IMG/VR virus record: IMGVR_UViG_3300033983_000012
Coordinates: 1-55,815 of that record
Source: a virus
Taxonomy: Duplodnaviria; Caudoviricetes
Strand: one strand, 5' to 3'
DNA length: 55,815 bases
The notes under the pieces were generated by a model. It was not told where the DNA came from. It saw nothing but the letters and a program-made list of their open reading frames with translations, and made no database searches. Below, piece after piece: positions 41,741 through 50,692 of the stretch. The number at the start of each line of letters is the position of its first letter. The stretch's first letter is position 1. The translations under genes and the position numbers were made by a program.

Positions 41741-42445
41741 TTAAGATTTGTGGTAAGCCAGTCTGCACTGGCTTCTCCAACAGGTCCAGAAAATCGGAAA
41801 ACGAAACGCTATTTCCCCATGCCGCTCGCGGTCCTCTCGACGTCGCTGCTGCTGCCGATCGGCTGCGAGCTCATCCCAGTAGGAATGCGCCGTGGAGGAG
41901 AGACGGTTTCTCCATTGGAAGGACTTTTGCTGCGCCCGGCGCGTGCCCGGATTGCGTTGACCATCGCGTCTCCGAGGATTGATGGCCGCCATCACCGAAT
42001 AGCTGCCCGACCGCACCACCGTCACAGCCTGGCCACTGCTGTACGCCGCCGCCGTACCGATGCTGCCGCGGCTCACCATGACGTTATTCCCAACCACTGA
42101 AGTGACCAGAGCGATCTCTCCCGTCGAGAGCGACAATCCGGTGCTCATCGTGATCGCGCAAGTCAGCGCCGAGGAAGAGATGCAAATCCCATTCCCCACG
42201 ACGATTCCCGTCACGCTTGCCAGCGGGAAATCGGTCGCGCCCGCCGAGACTTCCGAGGTCAAAGTCGTAGGCGACGCCCCCGCTTGGCCGGCGAACAGGT
42301 AGTTCGCTCCGGCCGTGGCGGCATCCTGCGTGACGTTGATATTCACCGCCGTGTCCGCGGGCGACGCTTTCACGGTCCATGTATACACCACATTCGTCTG
42401 TGCCGCAGCGCTCAAGGCCAACAGTAAAAAGATTGCGATTTTCAT
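41741..42445 (-). CDS. Signal-peptide-bearing beta-rich protein, C-terminus probably disrupted
   Basis: MKIAIFLLLALSAAA-Q signal; TTLTSEVSAGATDFPLAS...GEIALVTSV...VSRGSIGTAAAY tail-type domain; composition switches abruptly to Arg-rich near 41980. Confidence 0.7.
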   Translation of the reverse strand: MKIAIFLLLALSAAAQTNVVYTWTVKASPADTAVNINVTQDAATAGANYLFAGQAGASPTTLTSEVSAGATDFPLASVTGIVVGNGICISSSALTCAITMSTGLSLSTGEIALVTSVVGNNVMVSRGSIGTAAAYSSGQAVTVVRSGSYSVMAAINPRRRDGQRNPGTRRAQQKSFQWRNRLSSTAHSYWDELAADRQQQRRREDRERHGEIAFRFPIFWTCWRSQCRLAYHKS

Positions 42446-42454
42446 ATCTCTCCC

Positions 42455-42558
42455 CTAGTGACCGAAATAAATCCTTACTTCTCCGCGTTGACGTGCAGTG
42501 GACTGCACTTCAAAGAGGCGGTCTCCTAATGACCGAAATAGATCCTTACTTCTCCGCG
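42455..42558. repeat. 33-bp direct repeat flanking a 26-bp palindrome
   Basis: 42455-42487 and 42526-42558 both encode RGEVRIYFGH* (2 synonymous differences); TTGACGTGCAGT-GG-ACTGCACTTCAA at 42488-42513. Confidence 0.95.
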
Positions 42559-44847
42559 CGCTCCGTTGCACCCGGTCGCGTTGCTCAATCCCGCGGTCTG
42601 CGCGCCCGCCGATCCGCCGCCGCCGCCAGGGGCCACTCCGGCGCTGCAAGCTACTTGGCCACCGCCGGACGTCCAACCTCCGCCCTTTCCCCCATTGCCC
42701 CCGTTGGTGTAGATCGTGTTGCCGAGTCCGGACACACCCCCGGTACCGCCCGTGGCGTTGTTGTATCCGCCGCTCCCTCCGCCGCCCCCGCCATTGGGAG
42801 CGTTCCCTCCGGGAGCGCCCGTACTCCCCGAGGACGTCTGTATGAAGCCGCCACAGCCGCCCACGTCGAAGCGTACGCCGTTTCCTCCCGTCCCCGAGCC
42901 GGCTCCCGTATTGCTGCCGCAATTAGCGTTTCCCGCCCCGACGAACCCCGAGTAAGCAAACCAGGCTACCTTGTCCGCCGTGCTCAGCCGGCCGCCGAAC
43001 GGCCCGTTGACGTTCGCTCCGCCATCCCCGCCGGTTACGGTCGCGCAGGTGCCAAAGCTGGAGCTGCCTCCAAATCCAGCTCCCGAGTTATATGTGGATG
43101 CCAGTCCCCCAACTCCCACAGCCACGGTCACCCCAGATCCCGGTGTGACGGGGCACGGGCCTTGCCAGTACCCTCCACCGCCGCCCGCCGATCCGCTGGC
43201 GGTACCCGCCGTGCTGCCACTCCCGCCTCCTCCGGCGCCCCACTCCTGCACCGTTACCCAGTTCACACCGGCTGGCGGTGTCCAGGTAGCCGTGCACTGG
43301 GCCCCGGAGCCGCTGCCGCAGGTCCAGGAAATCGTAGAGCCATCGGCTAGCGAAGTCGTCGACCCATCGAAAATGTCGGGGCCGACGTTGCTCAGGGCCG
43401 TTCGCACCGCCTCTTCGCTAGGCACATTGGAATTCGTGCCCGGCGATCCCACAGACGTTACCAACGCCTGCGCCGCTACCGTCCCGATCTGTCCGCTGTT
43501 GATCAGCGTCCCCCCGGGGATCGTGGTGCTTTGGTTGTCCCCCGCGGGCGTGATCGTCCAGGCAGTCGTAGGGGCCGTAAATGTAGTTTTGTTGACGCTC
43601 AGCAGGGTCGCCGCGCCCGCTGCCGTAACCGACCACCCCGATCCGCCCGCTGTCCCGGTGAACGTGCAGCCGGTGAGTAGGCAGAGCCCGGTCGTGGTCG
43701 GCGGAAACGTGCTCGGGTAGCCCGTCAGCCCCGAGATCGTCGAGTAGTTTGTCAGCGCCGGCTGGAAATAGCCCGGCGAGTAGGTCTGCCAGGTCCCAGC
43801 CCAGTTTCCCGAATTCGTGGGCGGAAACGTGCTCGGGTAGCCCGTCAGCCCGCTGATCACCGAATAGTTCGTTAGCGCCGCCTGCTTGCCGTTGAACATA
43901 GACCAATCTCCGGACGCCAGGTACCCATTCTGCCCGCTGGTGGCTACCGGCAGGCTGATCGTGTTTGTGCTCCGCGACAAGGGCAAGCTGAACGTCAAGG
44001 GATTCTCGTACAATCCGCTCATCGCGCTCAGCGCGCGCGCGTTGGTGAAATACAGGTTTCCGCTCTCGGTCACCTGCGCCGTGGTGTAGTCGCCATTCGT
44101 CGCCACCACCGCGCCAGTGCGGCCAAAGACACTCGCCACCGGCACGCTCGGTATCGCGCTCCTTACCGCCTTCTCGCTCGGCACATTCGCGTCGGAGCCG
44201 GGCGATCCTACCGCTGTCACCAGTTGAGAGGACTTCAGTTGGGCATCGTTCGTGACGTTCCCGAGGCCCACCTGGCTGGCCGTGTAATCTCCGCTGGCGG
44301 CCGTCACTGCCCCGGTGCGTCCAAACACGCTCGCCACTGGCACGCATACCCCCGCCGCCCAGCCGGATACGGTCAGACACATGTTGTTCCCGACCGTGCC
44401 CCCTTCCGTACTGATCTGGGACGGGTTGATCTGCACGGCGGGTAGTGGCACCGGCCCGGTCTTCACCGCATCGATACTGACAGGCGTGGCACTCACGGGC
44501 ACTAGCCAAGTCTCGGGTGGCTGATTCTGGCCGCCAGCGAACGCCCACGAAACGGTGTAACTCGTACCCGCGCACGCCCCTGTGCCGCCGAAACTGCCGT
44601 CCGTCCCCACATTTGGCACCAGCGCGACCGAGAATGTGGTTACGGCCGGCGAACCGCTCGGAGCGAATTTGACCGTGATTGTTCGCTCACCGACATAAGA
44701 TCCGCCATACGAACAGGGCGCCGTGATCCGAATGTAGGCTACGCCAGTTCCCGGCTGTCCGTCCGGACCTATCACCGTTTGGCTCACCGTCGTCGTCGCC
44801 GCGGCCAGCGGTACGGCCGCCGCAAGAATCAATATCAGCCTTCTCAT
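42526..44847 (-). CDS. Tail-fibre-like protein with N-terminal signal peptide and C-terminal glycine-rich domain
   Basis: MRRLILILAAAVPLAAA signal; VASVFGRTGAV, VGLGNVTNDAQ and VPSEKAV fibre motifs; WTPPAGV...WGAGGGG...GARGEVRIYF glycine-rich domain. Confidence 0.8.
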   Translation of the reverse strand: MRRLILILAAAVPLAAATTTVSQTVIGPDGQPGTGVAYIRITAPCSYGGSYVGERTITVKFAPSGSPAVTTFSVALVPNVGTDGSFGGTGACAGTSYTVSWAFAGGQNQPPETWLVPVSATPVSIDAVKTGPVPLPAVQINPSQISTEGGTVGNNMCLTVSGWAAGVCVPVASVFGRTGAVTAASGDYTASQVGLGNVTNDAQLKSSQLVTAVGSPGSDANVPSEKAVRSAIPSVPVASVFGRTGAVVATNGDYTTAQVTESGNLYFTNARALSAMSGLYENPLTFSLPLSRSTNTISLPVATSGQNGYLASGDWSMFNGKQAALTNYSVISGLTGYPSTFPPTNSGNWAGTWQTYSPGYFQPALTNYSTISGLTGYPSTFPPTTTGLCLLTGCTFTGTAGGSGWSVTAAGAATLLSVNKTTFTAPTTAWTITPAGDNQSTTIPGGTLINSGQIGTVAAQALVTSVGSPGTNSNVPSEEAVRTALSNVGPDIFDGSTTSLADGSTISWTCGSGSGAQCTATWTPPAGVNWVTVQEWGAGGGGSGSTAGTASGSAGGGGGYWQGPCPVTPGSGVTVAVGVGGLASTYNSGAGFGGSSSFGTCATVTGGDGGANVNGPFGGRLSTADKVAWFAYSGFVGAGNANCGSNTGAGSGTGGNGVRFDVGGCGGFIQTSSGSTGAPGGNAPNGGGGGGSGGYNNATGGTGGVSGLGNTIYTNGGNGGKGGGWTSGGGQVACSAGVAPGGGGGSAGAQTAGLSNATGCNGARGEVRIYFGH

Positions 44848-45359
44848 GTTGATGCCTCCTCAAGAATCACGGCCGCGTCGAGCAGCTCGGTCGGGTCCAC
44901 CAGGTCAGCGCGCCGCATGAATGGCGGCCGGGAGACGTCCGTCAACGGGCCGACCGACGTGCCCGTGTAGGCTTCAAAATGGAGCATGGCGTTCACCATG
45001 CCCGCGACCTGGCCGACATAGGCGATGACCTGGCCGGCCGTCACCTTCGAGCCCACCCGGAGACCTTCGGCGATGCGATCAACCTCGCCATAGCGGATTT
45101 TGTGGCTATCGCCCAATTCCGGATGCCACACCGTCACGGCGCCGACGTACGCCGCTTCCGGATTCGGCCGGTAATACTCCGCCTCCCAGTCCACAATCGT
45201 TCCGTCCGCACACGCGAGAATCTCGGTCCCCTTGGCGGCATACAGGTCGCAGCCGGCGTGAGACCGGAGGCCTCCGGCAGATGCGATGCGCGGCGCCCCG
45301 AAGGACCGCGGCCGCTCGTGGTAGGATTCGGCAGGACGCTGGCGAAGAGGGAACGTCAC
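44844..45359 (-). CDS. Endolysin, peptidase M23 family
   Basis: HAGCD (HxxxD), VGSKVTAGQVIAYVG, MLHFE; GTG 45359 overlaps the holin stop. Confidence 0.88.
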   Translation of the reverse strand: MTFPLRQRPAESYHERPRSFGAPRIASAGGLRSHAGCDLYAAKGTEILACADGTIVDWEAEYYRPNPEAAYVGAVTVWHPELGDSHKIRYGEVDRIAEGLRVGSKVTAGQVIAYVGQVAGMVNAMLHFEAYTGTSVGPLTDVSRPPFMRRADLVDPTELLDAAVILEEAST

Positions 45360-45604
45360 GGCTGAGGCGCCTCCGTCGTGTGGGTCTCCTGGACCTCGGT
45401 CCTCACTCCTGGCGTCGAAGCGGCGGTGTTCGCTTTCGCACCGTCGCCCCGCATCGCCGCAAACAGCACGCCTGTGGCGCCCACGATCAGGTCGTCGCCT
45501 TTGGGCATCCCGATCTTCCACAGACCGGCGCCGACGAAGATCAGGATGATGCAGACGACGATGTGACCGCCGGGCGTGTCGATCATTTGGATGAAGTTGC
45601 GCAT
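45356..45604 (-). CDS. Putative holin (2 TM)
   Basis: 82 aa, two hydrophobic helices and a polar tail, directly upstream of the endolysin, RBS AAGGGAG. Confidence 0.75.
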   Translation of the reverse strand: MRNFIQMIDTPGGHIVVCIILIFVGAGLWKIGMPKGDDLIVGATGVLFAAMRGDGAKANTAASTPGVRTEVQETHTTEAPQP

Positions 45605-45655
45605 TTTAATCTCCCTTGCTCCTTGGGGCGAAAACCAGAATCAGAGGGCGCATGG

Positions 45656-46240
45656 CTAGGGCGTTTTCGCTTTTGGCAGCGTCCCGAGGTTGATCGTGAA
45701 GCCGGCCTCAACCACCGGGTTCCAACCGGCGCCGCTCACATAGAGCATGCGCACCGGCACAATCAGGCTGAAGGTCGGATTCAGTTGGTACATCACGGTG
45801 GCAACGAACGACGTGGACAGGTTGATGTTGATGCCTGTCGGCTGGGCCTGCGAGAAGCCGGGCCCAACGTCTCCACCGAGCAAGAAGGACAGCCGCCCCG
45901 TGTCCAGGATGTCCTTGTGGACGCCCTGGCGAAGCGATGCCGAGATTGCATAGAAGTTTCGCTTCGTCGTGGGATCGACGGCCTTCACGGGGAAAACATC
46001 CGCCGTCGTGGTGCCATAGACTCCAGCCGACCCGACCACAGGGTAGATGGCCGAGAAACCCGCGGTGAACCTGGGCGAGCCGAGTTGATTGAAGGCGCCG
46101 AAGGCAGCAATCGCTGTCGGCAGGGGAACGGTGGGGAATATGGAAGTTGTCGTGGCCGGCGTTGGCGCCGGGGTTTGCGCCCAGCCGCCAACGGCCAGGA
46201 GCGTGAGCAAGACGGTGATTACAGCGATTCGATACGTCAT
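45656..46240 (-). CDS. Putative small outer-membrane beta-barrel protein
   Basis: Signal peptide ending GWA-Q, Pro/Thr linker, about 8 alternating amphipathic strands, last strand WNPVVEAGFTINL. Confidence 0.6.
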   Translation of the reverse strand: MTYRIAVITVLLTLLAVGGWAQTPAPTPATTTSIFPTVPLPTAIAAFGAFNQLGSPRFTAGFSAIYPVVGSAGVYGTTTADVFPVKAVDPTTKRNFYAISASLRQGVHKDILDTGRLSFLLGGDVGPGFSQAQPTGININLSTSFVATVMYQLNPTFSLIVPVRMLYVSGAGWNPVVEAGFTINLGTLPKAKTP

Positions 46241-46280
46241 TTTGATTGGTCCTTTCTGAGTGCCCGGTTCACCGGGCCGG

Positions 46281-47135
46281 TTATTGTCTCGTTGCTTTCC
46301 ACTGCTGAAACGACGAGATGATGTTCGTTACCGGGTTGAGGTCCCGGTAGATCTGGATTCCGGTATAACCGTACCCGAGCGCGCGGTCATACCACTTCGG
46401 TGTGGTCAGCTTTCGAACGTTGGCCGCCGTTCCATCCACCTGAATGCCAATGTCCTGCCAGGTGGCCAGCGCCTTCGGCAGAGCGCCCCGGAAATCGGTG
46501 GTCATCTGGCCGAAGTTCAGCGCTGCGCGCTCGATGCCCTTCGAAGCCCCGACGTAGCGGTTGAAGATGCAATCCGGGTTGTACTCGCAGTTCAGGAACA
46601 TGGGCGCCGTGTCATCCACTTGCTTCGCCAGGTTGCCAGCGTGATCGAGCACCGGTTTGAGATCGCTGCGCAACTCCTCGATTTTCCCGAGCGCCGTATC
46701 CGCGCGCGCCAGCGTATCGCCGAATCGCTTGTTGGAATCGCTGTGGATCGCCCGGACCTCCGCCATCACGTCCATGCGCAGCGCCGTCATCTGCCCTGTC
46801 TTCGGATCGAGCAGTTCCTTGCGCGCGGCCTGAATCTCTCCGATCAGCGCGCCCCGTAGCGGCGTCCGGTCCATCGGGTTCTTAGCCCCAGGGTCTCCGT
46901 CCAGCACGCGCGAAAGCTGCCCGGTGAGTTCCTCTCGCACAAACAGGATTTGCCAGTTGAGATCCTCCCTGGTCTGCCGAACCTCGCCAATCAGTGCCGT
47001 GCGCGTGGCCGCCACCTCCCCGGGCACGGCCGCCACCACCACCGTGGCCGCCCGGACAAACAGGATTCCATACACGACGGCTACAACCAGCACCGCCAGC
47101 AGAACACACACCAACACATCCCGAACCAGCTTCAT
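46281..47135 (-). CDS. Membrane-anchored coiled-coil protein (i-spanin-like topology)
   Basis: N-terminal TM helix, long helical periplasmic region with an internal repeat (RTALIGEV/RGALIGEI) and a CEYNPDC pair; heads the lysis cassette. Confidence 0.6.
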   Translation of the reverse strand: MKLVRDVLVCVLLAVLVVAVVYGILFVRAATVVVAAVPGEVAATRTALIGEVRQTREDLNWQILFVREELTGQLSRVLDGDPGAKNPMDRTPLRGALIGEIQAARKELLDPKTGQMTALRMDVMAEVRAIHSDSNKRFGDTLARADTALGKIEELRSDLKPVLDHAGNLAKQVDDTAPMFLNCEYNPDCIFNRYVGASKGIERAALNFGQMTTDFRGALPKALATWQDIGIQVDGTAANVRKLTTPKWYDRALGYGYTGIQIYRDLNPVTNIISSFQQWKATRQ

Positions 47136-47160
47136 TTTGGTTTTCCTTTGTTGCGCGCCT

Positions 47161-50100
47161 TCAGAACACCCGCGCGCGCCGCTTGTTAACCGGCAAGGGT
47201 AGGCGCCAACTCAATAAGCACAGGTGGTCGAAGGCCCAAAAGCACACCAGTGGAACCCCCGCATTCACCGCCGCCAGGTATTGTTTCGTCCACGCGCAAG
47301 CACCGTTGAACCACGGAATCAGGTACGCCGTCGCCGATTTCGAGTAACTCAGCACCCCGGTCCCATACGCCATCGCCGCCTTTGCCAGGTCCAGATTCAG
47401 GTACGATGCGCCCCAGGACAGCGCTTCCAGTTTCAACCGATCGATATCCCCGTTCGGCGCCATGTACTGCGATGGGATGTTGACGTAGTTGTTCAGCCGG
47501 CCGCCCTGTGGATACGGATACCCCGCGTTCCAATAGACCGCCGGATTGTTCACGTCCATTGGTAGGAGCCACTCGAATTTCGCCCCGGAGTAGGCAGCCT
47601 TCACCGCCGCGGCAATCGCGTGCATGTGGGCATAAACAAGCCCCCGTAGGAAGTTCGCGTCCGCGTGAGTATTCACCGCCGGATCGTCATCCTGCGTCCA
47701 AAAGCTCGCCAGTGCGCGCCCCAGGGCCGCCAGGGCCGCCGCCGCGGTGTAGGCGTCATAGTAGGCCATCCCGCCGCCGCTCACCGTTCCCGTGCCGGCG
47801 ACATAGCTTCCATTCCCGCTCGTTCCGTTTTCCGTGAAGTGAGTGCTGTCGGTGACCGTGATTGTCTGGTCGCCATTCGCCGCCGTGTCCCCCTGCACGC
47901 CTGCGGTGATGACACGATTCCCAGTCGCCAGCGTATGCGGCTGATTCGTGCCCACGGAGATCGGCGCCGTCCAGCTCGCGTATCCGACCGCCAGATTCTG
48001 AACGCGAGAATAGAACCACCAGCCCACCTCGCCGAATTGCAGCCATGGCACCAACCCGGCCGCCGCCAGAATCCCCGCCGCCTGCTTATAGCACGCCGTC
48101 AAGTACGCCGTTACCGTCGCCGGATTAAACGTGCATTGGGTGGTCTGAAGGTCTATAAACGTAGCAGCGCCGGTCGCCACTGTGAATGCCGTACCCGATA
48201 CCAGCCCGGTCAACTGGTAATGGTCCGCATCCGTCACCGTCACAGCCCACACCGCGGCGCTGGCCCCTTGCGCCACATGTACCGTGTTCCCGGTGATGTA
48301 CCCGTGCCCGGTCTGCTGGACGGTCTGCGGACCCGATCCGCTCACCGCCTCGACCACGCCCGCGCCCCACATCCCGAAGCCCGTAGCCGTGAGCACCTGA
48401 GAGCCGTTAGCGAATCTCTGCGACCATGCCCCACCTGAAGTATTCGCATCGGGCGCCCCGAGCAACTCCTGTGAGAATGCCACCGTCATGGTCTGTCCGG
48501 CCGCCTTCACCAGCGCCGCCAGGTCCGTCAGGTAGTCCTTGAATGCCCGATTCAAGGGCGATGTCTGCGAAGCGTCAACGCTCCAGGTCCCCTCGTTCCC
48601 CGCGCCAATGTCGCCCGTCGCCGTGATTGTCCCGGTAGCTCCAGAGCTGGTCGATACGGTCAACGTGAATCCGTTGATCGGCGATAGCGTCGTAATCGTG
48701 AACTGTCCCGCCGTGGCCGTTGGTGCCGCGCACACCCCTACAAATGTCGCGTTGATCGCATCCACTAGCCTCTGTGCCAGCGTCGCCAGCGTGTCCGCCG
48801 GAAACACCGCGGCCCCGAGCGACGTTCCGCCGATGTTAAAGAACACCGCGTCACCATCGCCGAACCCCGTTCCGGTTCCGAAGGTCCCCGCTATTGTCAC
48901 CGTCGCGTGGTGAAAGTTCCCCCCGTTCCGCACGCGCTTGAGCGCGAAAAATACGCCGGCGTAGAAGTCGAGATCTCCGGCGAACCCCGCCTGACCGAGT
49001 ATCCACATCAATCTCGCCGGCGCGATTTGGTACGTCGCCCCCGTGTCGTAGTCGCACGCGCAACTCACTCCCGAGTACGTCACCGCCGGCGCCACCGGAT
49101 CGCTGAGCACGGCCGCCTGTAGAAAGTCAAACAGACAGGTCCCGGCCGCCACGGTCAGTACGACGGTATGCGCGCCCGCCGCCACGCCCGCCGCAATCAA
49201 CCGTCTCCCCGCTATCGGAGTCGCCGCCGATTGCAACGAATACGCGCTCACCGCGATGGCCGCCCCGCCATCCACCGCCGCGTTAAACGTTCCCCCCGCC
49301 GTCGATACTGCCGTCCCCAGGTAAAGATTATGCACGCCCTGGCAATGATACTTGACCGTCACCGTGTCGCCAGCGTGCGCGCTCTGCCAAGCGAACCCGC
49401 CCGCATACCATCCGGACACTTGCGCCCATGCGCTACCCGCCCGGGTAGCCCACGTATCGCCCGATATGACCGTGACCGATCCCGGACCCGCGACTTTCAG
49501 CGGAGTCACCCCGCCTGAATCGCCCACCGTCCAATTCGTCACTACCGCGGTCCACTCGGAAGCCGCGTAAGCCACCAGCGCCGCATTCACCGCGCCCTGG
49601 TCGTAGTTCAGCGCCGGAGCGAACGTAAGCCACAGTTGCCGAACACTCGCCAGCCCCAGTGCTGAAAAGTCCAGATGGACGTGAATCGATGTCGGGTCCG
49701 TCCCGCCCGTCAGTTTCGATGCGCCCGCCGGCGTCAGATAGCACGTCCCGGTCTTGTGCATTTCCAGCAGTTCGATCCCGTTGCCGTCCGCCCCCGCGGG
49801 CGCCGTCACCGTGAACGAAGATCCATTCTGCGTAGCCGTCAGCGAACCCTGTGCGTTGATCTGCGCAACAAACTGCCCAGCCACCCATGCCGTCGCTCCG
49901 GCGGCCGTCATAAACTCAAGCAGCGTTCCCGGACCGTTGCCGTCCGATGCTGAACAACTAACCGTGCTCCCATCGTTGCGAAGCGGCGTCAGAATAACCG
50001 TATTACCACTCGCTACAGCCCAGGCGTCCGTAAGAGCCGGCTGAATCAGGTTCGCAAGCGCGATAGCTATGTCGCCGGACCCGTCCCCCGCAAGTTGAAC

Positions 50101-50691
50101 GTGGGTATACGTGTTTGAGCCAATCGTGATGTAATGGCTGTACCCGGTCCCCAGGTAATTCCAAAACGAGAACGTCACGGATGCCGAGCCGCTCGGTATC
50201 AACACGTCGAACATGACGTTTCCCAGGTGGCAAAGTTGCGCCCGGTCATATGCCACCGGAGTCCCGTTGACCGTGTAGGTCTGGCTGGCCGCCACCGCCC
50301 CCGTCCTACTAGTGACGTTTAGCGGCACGGCGCTTTGAACTTCAGTCACCACCCCCGAGGCCACCGTCCGCGTGATGTAGCTCAGCTTGCCCCAGGGCAC
50401 CGATTGATACTTCGCACTGATCGGATTTTGGCACCCCGTCAACGCCAGGTCGAAATCGAGCGTAACCCCCGCCAGCCCGAAATCCGGCAAATACCGCGAC
50501 GTGTAGAGGTGCCCAAACTGATCGTCCGCGTCGAACAGAACGCACACCGCGAAGTCCGCCTGATCGCTCCAACACCCGCTCGCGGTGAACCCGCCAGCGG
50601 ACGCCCCGTGCATGGCCGCCGCCGCCCCGCGCCGGTCGAACCCGCGCAAGTACATCGACCGATGGGGTTCGAGTTTAGAAATGGCCGCCAT
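47161..50691 (-). CDS. Large tail protein with C-terminal TIM-barrel-like domain and inserted beta domains
   Basis: 1176 aa, coupled to the central tail gene; LQFGEVGWW, MAYYDAYT and VCFWAFD motifs resemble proteins annotated as non-contractile tail sheath; HGYITGNTV/HTLATGNRV inserts. Confidence 0.7.
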   Translation of the reverse strand: MAAISKLEPHRSMYLRGFDRRGAAAAMHGASAGGFTASGCWSDQADFAVCVLFDADDQFGHLYTSRYLPDFGLAGVTLDFDLALTGCQNPISAKYQSVPWGKLSYITRTVASGVVTEVQSAVPLNVTSRTGAVAASQTYTVNGTPVAYDRAQLCHLGNVMFDVLIPSGSASVTFSFWNYLGTGYSHYITIGSNTYTHVQLAGDGSGDIAIALANLIQPALTDAWAVASGNTVILTPLRNDGSTVSCSASDGNGPGTLLEFMTAAGATAWVAGQFVAQINAQGSLTATQNGSSFTVTAPAGADGNGIELLEMHKTGTCYLTPAGASKLTGGTDPTSIHVHLDFSALGLASVRQLWLTFAPALNYDQGAVNAALVAYAASEWTAVVTNWTVGDSGGVTPLKVAGPGSVTVISGDTWATRAGSAWAQVSGWYAGGFAWQSAHAGDTVTVKYHCQGVHNLYLGTAVSTAGGTFNAAVDGGAAIAVSAYSLQSAATPIAGRRLIAAGVAAGAHTVVLTVAAGTCLFDFLQAAVLSDPVAPAVTYSGVSCACDYDTGATYQIAPARLMWILGQAGFAGDLDFYAGVFFALKRVRNGGNFHHATVTIAGTFGTGTGFGDGDAVFFNIGGTSLGAAVFPADTLATLAQRLVDAINATFVGVCAAPTATAGQFTITTLSPINGFTLTVSTSSGATGTITATGDIGAGNEGTWSVDASQTSPLNRAFKDYLTDLAALVKAAGQTMTVAFSQELLGAPDANTSGGAWSQRFANGSQVLTATGFGMWGAGVVEAVSGSGPQTVQQTGHGYITGNTVHVAQGASAAVWAVTVTDADHYQLTGLVSGTAFTVATGAATFIDLQTTQCTFNPATVTAYLTACYKQAAGILAAAGLVPWLQFGEVGWWFYSRVQNLAVGYASWTAPISVGTNQPHTLATGNRVITAGVQGDTAANGDQTITVTDSTHFTENGTSGNGSYVAGTGTVSGGGMAYYDAYTAAAALAALGRALASFWTQDDDPAVNTHADANFLRGLVYAHMHAIAAAVKAAYSGAKFEWLLPMDVNNPAVYWNAGYPYPQGGRLNNYVNIPSQYMAPNGDIDRLKLEALSWGASYLNLDLAKAAMAYGTGVLSYSKSATAYLIPWFNGACAWTKQYLAAVNAGVPLVCFWAFDHLCLLSWRLPLPVNKRRARVF

Positions 50692-50692
50692 T

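Noticed and set aside
3778-41990. GGCC at several apparent deletion junctions (3778, 40923, 41984)
   Set aside because: The tetramer is very frequent in this GC-rich genome and the junctions are only roughly located.
42455-42558. Diversity-generating retroelement (VR/TR pair with hairpin at a fibre C-terminus)
   Set aside because: No reverse transcriptase, the repeat is only 33 bp, and the two differences are synonymous and not adenine-directional.
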